Shown: in pieces, positions 49,073-64,000 of the stretch
How the letters are laid out: every line of letters begins with the position of its first letter
How positions within the stretch are numbered: the first letter of the stretch is position 1
Assembly: GCA_037447605.1 (NCBI GenBank)
Contig: CM074816.1
Coordinates: 2,260,525-2,324,524 of the forward strand
Reading direction: 5' to 3'
Length of the DNA stretch: 64,000 nucleotides
DNA from: Zygnema circumcarinatum SAG 698-1b
Taxonomy: Eukaryota > Plantae > Zygnematophyceae
Notes under the pieces: model-generated
The model's database searches: none
Told to the model about the DNA's origin: nothing
What the model saw: the letters and a program-made list of their open reading frames with translations, nothing else
Translations under genes and position numbers: made by a program

Positions 49073-50508
49073 ATGAGGAACGGCCACGTGGCAGTGAATG
49101 CGTTGGCAGTCGTCGCGCTGGTCCTCCTGTCGTGTTCGGACTGGCGGACAGCTGGCGCGGTGGGCGCACCTCTCGCGGGCGGGAGGGAGAAGGGCGGGAA
49201 GACAGAGGGAGAGGGGGGGGAGGGAGAGAGAGAGAGGGGGGAGGAGAGAGGGAGAGACAGACAGAGAGAGATGGGGAGAGAGAGACACCAGAGAGAGCGA
49301 GAGAGAGAGGAATCGAGAGGGGGAGAGAACCAAGTCCTCATAACCCCATCAGTTAATTTTTCCTTTTTTTTCTGGTGCAAGAATTCGAAATTCACAAATT
49401 CGAAATTACCCCTCGTGCATGCGTGATTCTGTTAATGCTGAGAATAAATTTCAATTGTACCCTGTCCTTAAGTTCTCAACTGCCTACAGATATTTTCAAA
49501 AGAAGGGCAAATGCCAAATGCCATCACTTCAACAGGCAAACGAACTTAGAAAAAAATTGCTGGCATTTTCTTTGACCGCTTGAACAAGATCATTTTTTCT
49601 CACCATTCGCGATAATTAGGGGATCTTTACTTTCGCCTTCCGATGTGAAACGCGTGCAAACAGGTGAGCCCAGGAAAAAGTTTTGAGGATGTTCAAAAAG
49701 AATCTCTCGAGGAGGAGCTTCATTTGAAGGCCGAGGGGTCACAAGTAGGCCCCCCTCTCTCTCTCTCTCTCTCTTTCTCTGTCTCTCTCTCTCGGGCACT
49801 CTTTCTCCCTCACTCTCATTCTTTTCTACTTTATCTGTTTCTTGTAATTTCATTATCAGCCTTATTTTCTTAATGCTCATATTAATAAGCGAGCCATTTG
49901 CATGGCAGGCATGCGGGTGGAATCCGAGCCTCGCTGAAAACACCGAATGGGAAGGCGAGTTTTTTCCAAACATTTCGGAGATAAAGTACGAGGTGGGTAC
50001 TTTTTACTTTTTCTAATTCCCCTTACTGCTCTGGGATATGCCGAAACCTGGAATAGGATTTATTAAAATAAAGGGCCTTCCATATTTTCCTTTACAATGT
50101 GGACCTCTGGCTGAGCCTGCAGGGCCCGGGCAGCAAAAATGTTTTCGCGTATAGGTACTACAATGCAGATGAAAAGATTTTGGGTCGCCCCATGAAGGTG
50201 CGCTTTTTTGACTCAGAGCTTTTGCCTTTGTTTCAAAATTCACCTCCAAAAGTAAAAATAAAGGAAGCATCCCTAAAGTCTAAATTTTGTTTCCTTGCAG
50301 AGCCTCCCTACAGTAGCTGCTAGCCTGCCAGGGCAGCACTAAAAGTTTCGCACGTGGGACGGGGGCTCAGGATTGGCTGCGGTTCAGCGTGGCGTTCTGG
50401 CACACGTTCCGCGGAGACGGAGGGGACCCCTTCGGTTCGCCCTCCAAAAAGTGGCCATGGGAGGATGGGACCAACTCGCTGGCCATGGCCTTCCGGAGGA
50501 GTCAGTAC

Positions 50509-50552
<44 letters not shown>

Positions 50553-53500
50553 AATCTCTTTCTCTCTGTTTCCTTTACTCTCCCTCTCTCTGTTTACTCT
50601 CTCCAACCACACTTCCCTCCTCTCCCCATCCGTCCTCCCTCTCTCCCTCTCTCTTTCTCTCTGTTTCCATGTCTCTCTCTCTGTTTCTCTCTCTCCAACC
50701 ACACTTCCCCTCCTCTCCCCATCCTTCCTCGCTCACTCCCTCTCTCTTTCTCTATGTTTCCATCTCTCTCTCTCTGTTTCTCTCTCTCCAACCACACTTC
50801 CTTCCTCTCCCCGTCCCTCGCCCTCTCTCCCTCTCTCTTTCTCTCTGTTTCCATCTCTCTCTCTGTTTCTCTCTCTCCAACCACACTTCCTTCCTCTCCC
50901 CGTCCCTCGCCCTCTCTCCCTCTCTCTTTCTCTCTGTTTCCATCTCTCTCTCTCTCTGTTTCTCTCTCTGTTTCTCTCTCTTCAACCCCACTTCCCTCTC
51001 CCACTCCCTCTCTCCCTCTGCCCCTCTCTCCCTCTCTCTCTCTCTCTGACAGCGGTGGGAGAGGGCGCGCAGTGAGAGCGAACTTCGAGTTTCTGCGCAA
51101 GCTCAGGGCGGAGCGATGGTGCTTCCACGACCGCGATATTGCTCCAGAGGGAGCCACTCTCGCGGTAGGCTTGACTCACCTTGACTCGCGTTGACCCTCG
51201 TTGACTCGCATTGACCCGCCTTGACTCGCGTTGACCTGGCCAATGCAAAGCACGCCGACTAGACAGCAGCACGCCTGCATTTGGGGTATGTTTGTTATTT
51301 CCATTTTCATGGAGGAGAGGGTTGCAAATGGGGTGCAGGAAACAAACGCAAACCTCGACAAAGTGGTGGCCCTCGCTAAAGAGCTGCAGGTAAGAGTAAA
51401 GGAGTCTCCGGACCGCGCTCTTTGGGGTCTTGTGGTCCTTTGAAAACGAAGAAATCATTTTCTGCCTTGTGTCTGTTGACTCTTTGCAGAATGAGACAAA
51501 CATTCGTCCGCTATGGGGCACAGCGCAACTCTTCAAACACCCACGCTACATGCACGGTGCTGCCACCAGGTTGGTCCTCTCTCTCACCCTCCCGTCCCCC
51601 CCACTCCTTCCCCTCCTCTCCCTCCCCTGTCATCCCTCCCTTCCCCCCTGCCTCCTTTTCTCAAAGCCTCCCTCCCCTTCCTCCCTCCCCTCCCTCCCCC
51701 TCCTCCCCCCTGCTTCCCTCCCTCCCCTCCCTTCCCTCCCTCCCCCCCGCCTCTCTCCTTCCCCTCCCTCCCCCCTGTCACCCTGCCTCCCTCCCCTCCC
51801 TCCCCTCCCTCCCATCCCTCCCCCCTGCCACTCTGCCTTCCTCCCCTCCCTCCTCCCCGCCCCTTCACCTCCCCTCCCTCCCTCCCCCCTCTCCCTCCCN
51901 NNNNNNNNNCACCTCCCCTCCCTCCCTCCCCCCTCTCCCTCCCTCCCCCTCCCTCTCTCTCCCTCACCCCCCCTCCCTCCCCTCCCCCGTGTGCCGCAGT
52001 CCGGAGGCCTCCGTGTTCGCGTACGGCGCCGCGCAAGTGAAGAAGGCGATGGAGGTGACCGCCGCGTTCCATGTGACGGAGGGCTGTTGGGGATTACGGC
52101 GGAACTGAACGGACCCGCCAGAGGGGCATGCATTACACGCAATACCTTGAAAGTCTTTTTTTTTTTTCCTTCTTTTTGTGTTCGGGCAGGTAACGCACGA
52201 GCTCGGAGGAGAGAATTACGTTTTTTGGGGAGGGAGGGAGGGCTACCAGTCGCTGCTCAATACTGACCTCAAGCAGGAGCTTGACCACATGGTAAGGCCA
52301 TTCTTATTATTATTTTTTTTTTCAGTTTCTTTTGTTTTGTTTCTGGGATATGAACGTAAGAGAGTTCATAAAAAAAAAAAAAAATAAAATAAAAGAATTG
52401 TAAAAAAAAAAATAAGCTTATTGAGTTGGTGTCGGGTTGTATGTGAATTCAGGCTCTGTTTTTACGGATGGCGGCAGACTACAAGAAAGCAATAGGTTTC
52501 AAAGGTGCTCCGAACGCGTTCTATGCTCCGCCGCACAGTTCTGTTCTGTTCCGAATCAGTTTGAAATTTCTGTTTCTGTTTTCCGTTTCATTTTCCGTGT
52601 TTCAAACACGAGTCTGTTTCGGGCATGTTTAGGGATTTTGCTTCTCGAGCCGAAGCCGCAAGAGCCAACGAAGCATCAGTAGGTGCCACGTGGACCATCG
52701 CTTGACCTGACTTGACTTGACTTGCCTGTCTGACTGGACTTGTCTCGAGTGTCGTCACTTGACTTGAATTAGTTTTATGTTATTGATTTGCCTTGCCTTT
52801 TTATTTGACTTGACTTGACTTGTCTTGACCACGCTTCAGCTCCTTTTTGAGCCGTTTTTAACCATCAATTGTCCCATCAGTGGCTCGAATGGACAAGGTA
52901 AATATCATTACAATTTTTTTTGGGTCTGCAGTCAATGAAATTAGGCGTCTAGTTAAATACATTTTTTGCGATTTTTTTTCTCACGTGCGATGTGGAGGGG
53001 CTGTTTTTGTAAATAATTAGATACGATTGGGACGCTTCTACCACGATGGCATTTCTTGGCCGGTACGGACTTGCAGGTAAAATGCCCCTTCCCCTTTTTT
53101 TTTTTTTTTTTTTTTTTTGGACAGTTCAATTCTTTTATTCTTTGAATTGGGCGATGGTGATATTGACCAGATAATTTTTTGCGACTTTGCTTCAGACGAG
53201 TTCAAATTGAACATCGAATGCAATCACGCCACGCTTTCAGGCCACAGGTGAAAGAATTTTTTAGCATTTTTTTAATGTATCATTGGAGGTCATAAACGTA
53301 ATTACTTTTCCAACTTTTACGGGCTCTGGATTACTGAAAAAGTTGTCATTCGATGTTTTTTTTTTCATGAGTTTGATGTGTAAAGAAGGGAGTTTGTATT
53401 GAGTTGATTTTTTCATTTCTAAAAAATGAAAAGGAATGGTTTGGTTTGTTTGTTTCTGACAGCTGTCACCATGAGCTCGAAATTTCCCGAATTTACGGAA

Positions 53501-55199
53501 TGCTCGGAAATATTGATGCCAATACAGGGGACCCCCAAACTGGTAATTGCTCTTCCGCAAGAATTGCTACGCATAAAAAAAGAAAAATCAAAGTCTTGAT
53601 TATGAAGACAGAATATTATGGCGCTTTTTTTTTCAAACCGAAGTTTGTGAATGACGAATTTCTCTCCATTTCTACTTCCCCTTCTTTTTTTTTTTTTTTT
53701 TTTTTTTTTTTGTGTTGTGGGGATTTGGCAGGTTGGGACACGGACCAGTTCCTTTTGGACCCAACGGAAGCGACCCTTTTCATGCTCTCCGTTGTGAAGA
53801 ATGTGCGCACAACGGAGCCGTTCCATGTGGCCTTCAGACCGTTCTGTTCCGTTTTTTTCTAAATGCATGCCTTTTCTTCTAAATTGCATGGATTCAGGCA
53901 CTTATTTTTTCCTTTATTTATTATTTTTATTGATGCTTTTGAGAGGGAGGGGTGGGGGAGCAGGGGGGGTTAGCTCCCGGCGGAATCAACTTCGATGCAA
54001 AATTGTATTTACAAATTTCCTCCTATTCCCCATATTGTAGTTCAAGTTTCATGGCAGGTTTTGACTTTTTAGTGACTGCGAAATGTTTGATGGAAAAGAC
54101 CATCTTAGCGCGGCTCCGTGATGTCGATCATGGCGGACGTACAGTGCAGGGGGTGATGCAGGCGATGCCATAAGTGATGTAGCGGCTGCCACGTGATGAT
54201 GCAGGAGGAGGGAGAGTGTGGATGTGGAGGACCTCTTCCTCGCTCACATCGGAGCCATGGATGCGCTCGCAAGGGGCCTTCGCAACGCCGCAAAGATCGT
54301 TGAGGTCTCTCTCTCTCTCTCTCTCTCTCTCCCCTCCCTCCCTCCCTCCCTCTCCCTGTTTTTCTTTCCTTTCCACCTTCTCCCTACTTTCCTCTCCATT
54401 TTTTCGGTCCCATCTCTCTCTTCCAGTCCCCACTCCCCTTCCCTCTCCCTCCCCTTCCCTTGTCCTTTTCCCAGTGCATTGACACGTGGCAAGCGCTGAG
54501 TGGAGCAGGATGGCGCCCTGGAGCGGCTGGTAGAGGGCCGCTACAGCAGCTTCAGGGAAGGACTCGGCGCGGCCATCCACGTGGGCGGCTCGCAGCCTTG
54601 AACCCCAATCCCCCCACTTACAGCTTTCCAAAACACAAAAATAAAATTCTGGTTTGGTTTTCGTTTCAAATTGCATAATTCAAGCGACCCTAAAGCTCCA
54701 GGAAACCCAACAAACGGAAATTCAACGAGTGCGAAACCTGCGGTGCTGTCGTCTGTGACTCCGTCCTGAACGTTTCTCTCTCCCTCTCCGTTCTCTGGCC
54801 TTTCCTCTCTCTCTCTCTCTCCCTCTCCCTCTCCCTCTCCCTCTCTCGCACCCCCTCTCCCATTCCCACTCTCCCACTCCCACTCTCCCGCCCCCTCTTC
54901 CACTCCCCCTCTCTCCCCCTTCGCAGAGTGGCAAGGCGGACTTTGTAGAGTTGGAGAAGGCGGCGTTGGAGGCGGGGGAGCCGCCTATAAAGTCGGGCAA
55001 GCAGGTGAGTCCGCAGCCATGGCGGATGGCACCTCAGAGAATTTTCTTTTTCAGAAGTTTTGTGGAATCCTGATATCACGGTGGCGCTGTTGTGGCGATG
55101 CATGGACCGTCGATGTTCCAAAAGTTGACTCTTTTTTGGTGGGTGGAGTTGGTTCTATGTCAGGAGCTTGCGGAAATACTGTTTTTCCGTTATGTGTAA
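49073..55199 (+). CDS. xylA: Plant-type (class II) xylose isomerase with N-terminal signal peptide, about 20 exons
   Basis: [22 protein letters not shown] signal. Motifs [82 protein letters not shown]. Last exon 55164-55199 [11 protein letters not shown]. Confidence 0.96.
50585..51000. repeat. About 91-bp CT-rich minisatellite, 4-5 copies, in a xylose isomerase intron
   Basis: The anchor CCAACCACACTTCC recurs at about 50604, 50696, 50788 and 50878, with a degenerate copy near 50982. Confidence 0.85.
51171..51240 (+). repeat. Seven tandem 10-bp units, each beginning TTGAC(C/T) (W-box core), at an intron 5' end
   Basis: TTGACTCACC TTGACTCGCG TTGACCCTCG TTGACTCGCA TTGACCCGCC TTGACTCGCG TTGACCTGGC. 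Confidence 0.9.
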
Positions 55200-56195
55200 C
55201 AACATGGAACGGAGTGCGTGCCAGCATGAAGTCAGTTCCCCAACATTGTGCGAGAGGTTGTCATGAGGGCAACTTGGACAGTGTGAAAGCGGTTTGGGGA
55301 GTCGGGGCCGAGCCTTTGGCCGCTCACAAAATATTGAGAGCAGTCCTGAGCAGCCCAGGTTTGTCACATTCAAATTTTGGCAATTTTGAGTTGTTGTTGT
55401 TCCGCGAGCAGTCGATCCATTCATCTCATCACATATTATTAAGGGAATTTAGGGCATGAAGGACTTAGAAATCACGTTGTACATAAGAAATATCTTCCGG
55501 AAATTTGCTAACAAGACGACGGGGGTACGAAGATGGGGAGATGGCGATCCGCCTGCAAAAAAGTACTCCATAAAAACGATATTTGGTGATACTGACGAAG
55601 AAATCTCCCGTTCGATTTTGCCAAGTCTGACGCGCCCAATCACCCCACAACTGCTGGAAGATGACGTCAGCAAGACCTAAGTTTATTTGCTTTAGAGCTA
55701 GGCCTAGAGCCCTACGACCTAAGGGCTGTGTTCTATGGATGGCACCGTCCCGTTTAGTTCAGAAATCTGTCCAACTACATTGCACTGTAGTACGGACCCG
55801 TATTGAACCGCCGTCATATCTGAACAACATGGAGATCACTCGCTGAGATTGGGTCCACCAAAGAAATCAAAAAACGTTGAACACTTCTCCCACGAATTTT
55901 ATACCCGAACTTCCTAACTAGCTTCCGGACCACTCGACCCTCGACCCTCTCACAGGTTCAAGGGTTGCCCACACAGGGCTCACTCGCTTGCTTCAACGCA
56001 TCGCAAGTTCTATCTTCGTGATTCACCAGCCCCCACTAATCAATAAACGCTAAAAAAAAAGAAAAGTCCTACTATTAAAACATGCCTCCATCCCCTCTCC
56101 GAATTTCTCTAGTATTTCCTGTTACTTGCGGTTGCCCTTTGTTCAATGAGATGAGGATTGAAGGTCTTCCTAGCAGTGACCGACGACAGGCTCCT

Positions 56196-60030
<3,835 letters not shown>

Positions 60031-62350
60031 TCTTAACCATAAAGTTGACCAAGGGTCTTGACATTGTTCAGTGCTAAAAAAACAAAATAAGAAGGACCTG
60101 AGGATTAAATCAATACTCTACATCTCTTCCCTCTCTCTCTTCCCCCTCTCAGCCTCTCTCTCTCTCTCCCTCTTTTTTCCACCACTCTGTAACGCAATAC
60201 CTATATATACCGCCCTGTTATGGCGGCAGTTTGACAATGTATTTACAAAATCGAGTGCATTTACTCAGCAAGATGGTACCTGATTTGTAGCTGAGAATAT
60301 TTCTGGTAAGAAACTTGTAAGTATTCTTACCCGGCTTAAACGAATGTCCATGCAGCTGATCGTACAACGCCGTCGATTCCTGCAACCGCCCAAGTCGTCC
60401 GCACATTAAAATGTTCAGCTTGCGACAAATACTGTGACCGATGAAATCATTCATGTGCAAAATATTTCTGTACATGTTGTTATAAAAAATATTAACTGTT
60501 GGATTTTTCGTTTTTTTGCTCAGCATTCAATGCAAAACACAATCGAATCCTACACAGAAAAAAAGATACTGGTTTTTTTCTCTTTCTTTTTGAAATTTCA
60601 ATGGTCGACACTTACATTAAGGAAACTCATTCAGCTCACGTTAAAGACGGGTAAAGAGAGGGAACTGAAAGGAGGTAGAGAGGGGAGAGAGAGAGCGAGA
60701 GAAGTGGATATGGGAGAGAGAGAACAGAGGAGCATAGAGAGCAAGTCGAGAAAGGAAAAGAACTTTGTAAATGCTCCCTCACTCTCCCTCTCAGCCTCTC
60801 GGACCCCCTCTTCACTCTCACAATCTATCTCTCTCTCACTCTCTCACACTGTTCCCGCACTCTCCGTATGCGCTACAATTCGGCCAGAGATCTCACATCC
60901 GTGACGACAGACATCACAAGAGGGACCTCTCCTGCGCCTCCTCTCTCGCGCACAGGCGCCGGCTTCTGCGGAGACTGCGATTCCTAGTTTTAGGGTTACC
61001 GAGATGCGGCACGAAGGCTCCCGATGTGGACCCGCAAAGGTGCTTGAATTAAGAAATAGAGGTGAAGAGAGCGGAAGGGAGGGAGAGAGGGAGGGCAAGA
61101 GAGAGGGAGGGGGAGAGAGTCAGACAAAAGGCGGGGCAGGAGGGGGTAAATATTAAGGACTGAAGTGTGGGAGACGCAAACGACGGAACTAGAAGAAAGG
61201 TTCTAGTCATGACCACTCGGCGCAGGGCAGGACATGACCATGACCGGGTCGCCGCGACTCAGGACCATCGCCGTGACCTTGCAAAACATTGCAAAGTTTG
61301 TGCTCAGAGGGTCATCATGACCAGTCGCAGAAGGTCCCGCCTAGGAATGGGATTCGGCCCCCACGTCATGACCCCGGACATGACTTTTGTTTCCCATGAC
61401 CGCCACCTCGGATCAGAACTCGGTCAAAGTGCGGAATTTCCTCCGAGGGTCGCTGCTTGGAAGCTTCGGGAGGGTACGGCTGCGTTTTCATTGGTTGGAC
61501 TTCAACTCTGTCCAACTTTTGCTGACGTGGTTCAACTTTGCTGATGTCACCTCACTCGTGTGGAAAGTTGAAGTCCAGTAAGTTTGAAGCTGGTTGCAAA
61601 CTTCGGTTCGGGGTTCAAAACTTTTCGCCTCAGTTTGCAACTCGGGGCTTCAAACGGTTGCAGAACGTTAGACCAAAGTCACCAAGTGATGGAATGGTTG
61701 CAACCATTTATTGGCTGATCAAGACAACCATTGCCAATGGTTGCAGTCATTGGCTTCAATAGTTGACACCCATTGCCCGGTTAAGCAATTGGCACCAATG
61801 GTTGGGCCAATGGTTGCCAATCCCATGGTTAGAGCTGTTCAACCTTTCTATTCTTGCAGTCCTTCCCATTTCTCTATGTTTCACATCGAACACCAATACA
61901 GTTCCACAAGATGGTGCTTCCAAATTACTGTATCGACACGCCAGCCTTTCGTAACGATATATCGTCTGGAACTTTACGATACGATATTGCCGCGATACGG
62001 AATATTCAAACAAAGCAGATATTTCGTTCCTAGGGCGAGCGAGCGCATGCGCTTAAACAAAGAGGCCGCATTGGGAACTCGCCTGTTTGGGCAGCACCTA
62101 CGGAAAAATGGCGGCAGGAGGGTTCTTTCTGACCTTTCCGGTATTTTTGATCAACGAGAGGGTGTTGTGTGACTTCTGGGTAAACTTGGGGTTCTGAATT
62201 CGGCGTTCAAAAGTGCTCATGTTCATGGAAGCATCTTGCTCGGCCAGTCCGTGCTCTCTTGGTTGCAGACGACTGAACTTTTTTTTTTTTTTTTTTTTTT
62301 TGTACTGAAGTACGCGTTCTATTAGTGACGCGGACACGCGGCAATCCATG

Positions 62351-62425
62351 AGCCCCCCTCCTCCAACTCCACCTCCCAGCCCCCCTCCTCCGACTCCACC
62401 TCCCAGCCCCCCTCCTCCAACTCCA
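62351..62425. repeat. 27-bp tandem repeat, about 2.8 copies
   Basis: The unit AGCCCCCCTCCTCC(A/G)ACTCCACCTCCC starts at 62351, 62378 and 62405. Confidence 0.9.
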
Positions 62426-62730
62426 TGGTTTGAGGCCGAATGTGATGATTCAATTCGTGGTGCTTTGAAAAGTGTGCGCGTATCCTTTTGAAGCAAGTGC
62501 GCATACCCATCCCGAGCTCGGCGCCGGGCGGTGCGCGCACACCCCTCAGAGGCGGAGAACAGTTCGCTGCCAGTTCCGCGTCGCAGCGCACGGAGGGATT
62601 GGCGGAGGCCACATGGCGGAACACGGCTTCGGCAGTTCCGTTGTGATGTACGGACTGGAAAAGCTGGGACCACAGTCAACAGTCCTCATATTTTCGCCAT
62701 GGTTTTGGCAAATATGAGGCGAAAATATTA

Positions 62731-63006
62731 GGGGGAGTCAGACCTTGACCATCGCCCGCGGAATTGGAAGATTCCGCCGGCGGAAAGGTATTGATTTCGA
62801 TTGCAGAATTCGGTTCGGAAACTGCGGCTCCCCCGAACCTGTCTGTCCCGTCCGTACTTCGAAATAGGTTACAAAAATGAGATATAGGCTCGGCGCCCGA
62901 GCCTGTCGAACGTCCATTTTTGGCGAAAAAGGCCTGCCGTACAACGCGGAATTGGCCCGACGGGCTCGCGGAATTAGTTTGGCGATGGACAAGGTCTGAC
63001 TCCCCC
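62731..63006. mobile_element. MITE-like non-autonomous DNA transposon, 276 bp, 26-bp terminal inverted repeats, TA target-site duplication
   Basis: Left end TA|GGGGGAGTCAGACCTTGACCATCGCC (62731-62756), right end GGCGATGGACAAGGTCTGACTCCCCC|TA (62981-63006), 25 of 26 complementary. The subterminal motif CGCGGAATT occurs three times. No coding capacity. Confidence 0.85.
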
Positions 63007-63126
63007 TATTGATTTTTGCAAATAGATGGTTCGTGTTACCAATTGACGGGTGGTATTGTTAGAGTTCATGTTGGACCGTACGTATCGTACCGTACCATAT
63101 CGTACCGCATCGTACCGTGTCGTTCA

Positions 63127-63237
63127 GTATCGTGTCGTATCGGAGCCAAGAAGGAAGGAAAGACGAGCGAGCGCCTCTTACGGTATCGTGTCGTATCGGA
63201 GCCAAGAAGGAGGAAAGACGAGCGAGCGCCTCTTACG
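63127..63237. repeat. 56/55-bp direct tandem duplication
   Basis: GTATCGTGTCGTATCGGAGCCAAGAAGGA(A)GGAAAGACGAGCGAGCGCCTCTTACG occurs twice. Confidence 0.95.
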
Positions 63238-64000
63238 GCGGCACTTGCGGGAAGATTCGGTGAGTTTTGCTGAAGCCCGTAACGGCTAGTACAGGAAGTA
63301 CGGAAAGTACGGCTAGTACGACTAGTACGGTTTTGAGGGTTTCTAGGGTTTTAGGGTTTTAGGGGTACGAATAGTACGGGTACTACGGCTAACACAGAGT
63401 TACCGTACAAGAAGGTGGTTTCGGCAAAATCGGGGCGAATTTCTTGGAGACGCACTGTACAGGGAGGAAAATATGACTGTTGAATGCATACGGACTCAGG
63501 TCGTCCGTATTGTACAAGTGATTGCGGCGACTGTACCAAGTCGAGCGGCGGTGAGGATCCGATTCTGCAGCGAATCGAGCCACGTGGCATGCCACGTGTT
63601 GGCTAGCGAATGGGAACGCCGCCCCATCGACATTGGATCGTTAATAGCGCGCTTAACGCGTACGGACACTCTACGACGTCGCTCGCAGCCACGAACTTGA
63701 GGGAAGCCAGGAGTCAACCAATTGTCGCGTGGCAAAAAATGCGGCGTCATTCCCACGATGTCGTTTTCGAAATCTCTCAAATTTCGGTAATAAATTTTCG
63801 CTTACAAACTTGAGAGATCGGTTTGTCTTTTAGCTCTCGACCGGGGTCGAAACTTTTCAATTTCCGCGACGTTCCACGTGTGCAGGCTGCGCGGTGCTTT
63901 TCCCCTGACCGCGGGCAGCCGGGACTGACCGCGTCAGCCTCGTTGTCGTGTCAGAGGAGGGAGAGGCGGTGAGGGGAAGCCACGGCTGGGAGTGGGAATG

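Noticed and set aside
50354-52266. Many long S/L/P- or R/E/G-rich ORFs (also at 19182-23650 and 38587-39516)
   Set aside because: These are translations of CT/GA low-complexity introns and tracts.
55720-55740. TAA-GGGCTGTGTTC resembling a PIF/Tourist TIR
   Set aside because: No matching inverted partner was found nearby.
62098-62679. Gly-rich 193-aa minus-strand ORF
   Set aside because: The Gly runs derive from the 27-bp tandem repeat and the Lys run from poly-T. There is no other coding signal.

Overview
Eukaryotic, intron-rich, GC-rich genomic DNA with (GA)/(CT) microsatellite-laden introns and three 10-N scaffold gaps. Gene content (KUA1/MYBH-type MYB, receptor-like cytoplasmic kinase, EamA transporter, cytosolic ascorbate peroxidase, symplekin, signal-peptide xylose isomerase, CDPK) points to a streptophyte. 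The standout feature is a 4-exon selenoprotein H gene (27732-28996). It has an in-frame TGA in a C-K-S-U motif and a well-formed type II SECIS element in its 3' UTR (29021-29115). Land plants lack selenocysteine, so the source is inferred to be a charophyte-grade green alga. Other notable items are a spliced UPF0643-like gene, a family I recall from fungi and bacteria (HGT candidate), a 52-bp near-perfect palindrome inside the EamA coding tail, a 276-bp MITE-like element, seven phased W-boxes in an intron, an interstitial TTAGGG array just upstream of a kinase ATG, a small orphan TM/coiled-coil gene and a 741-aa disordered ORF. All gene models were spliced by hand from GT/GC-AG sites and frame continuity. 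Family names come from motif recognition, not database searches.
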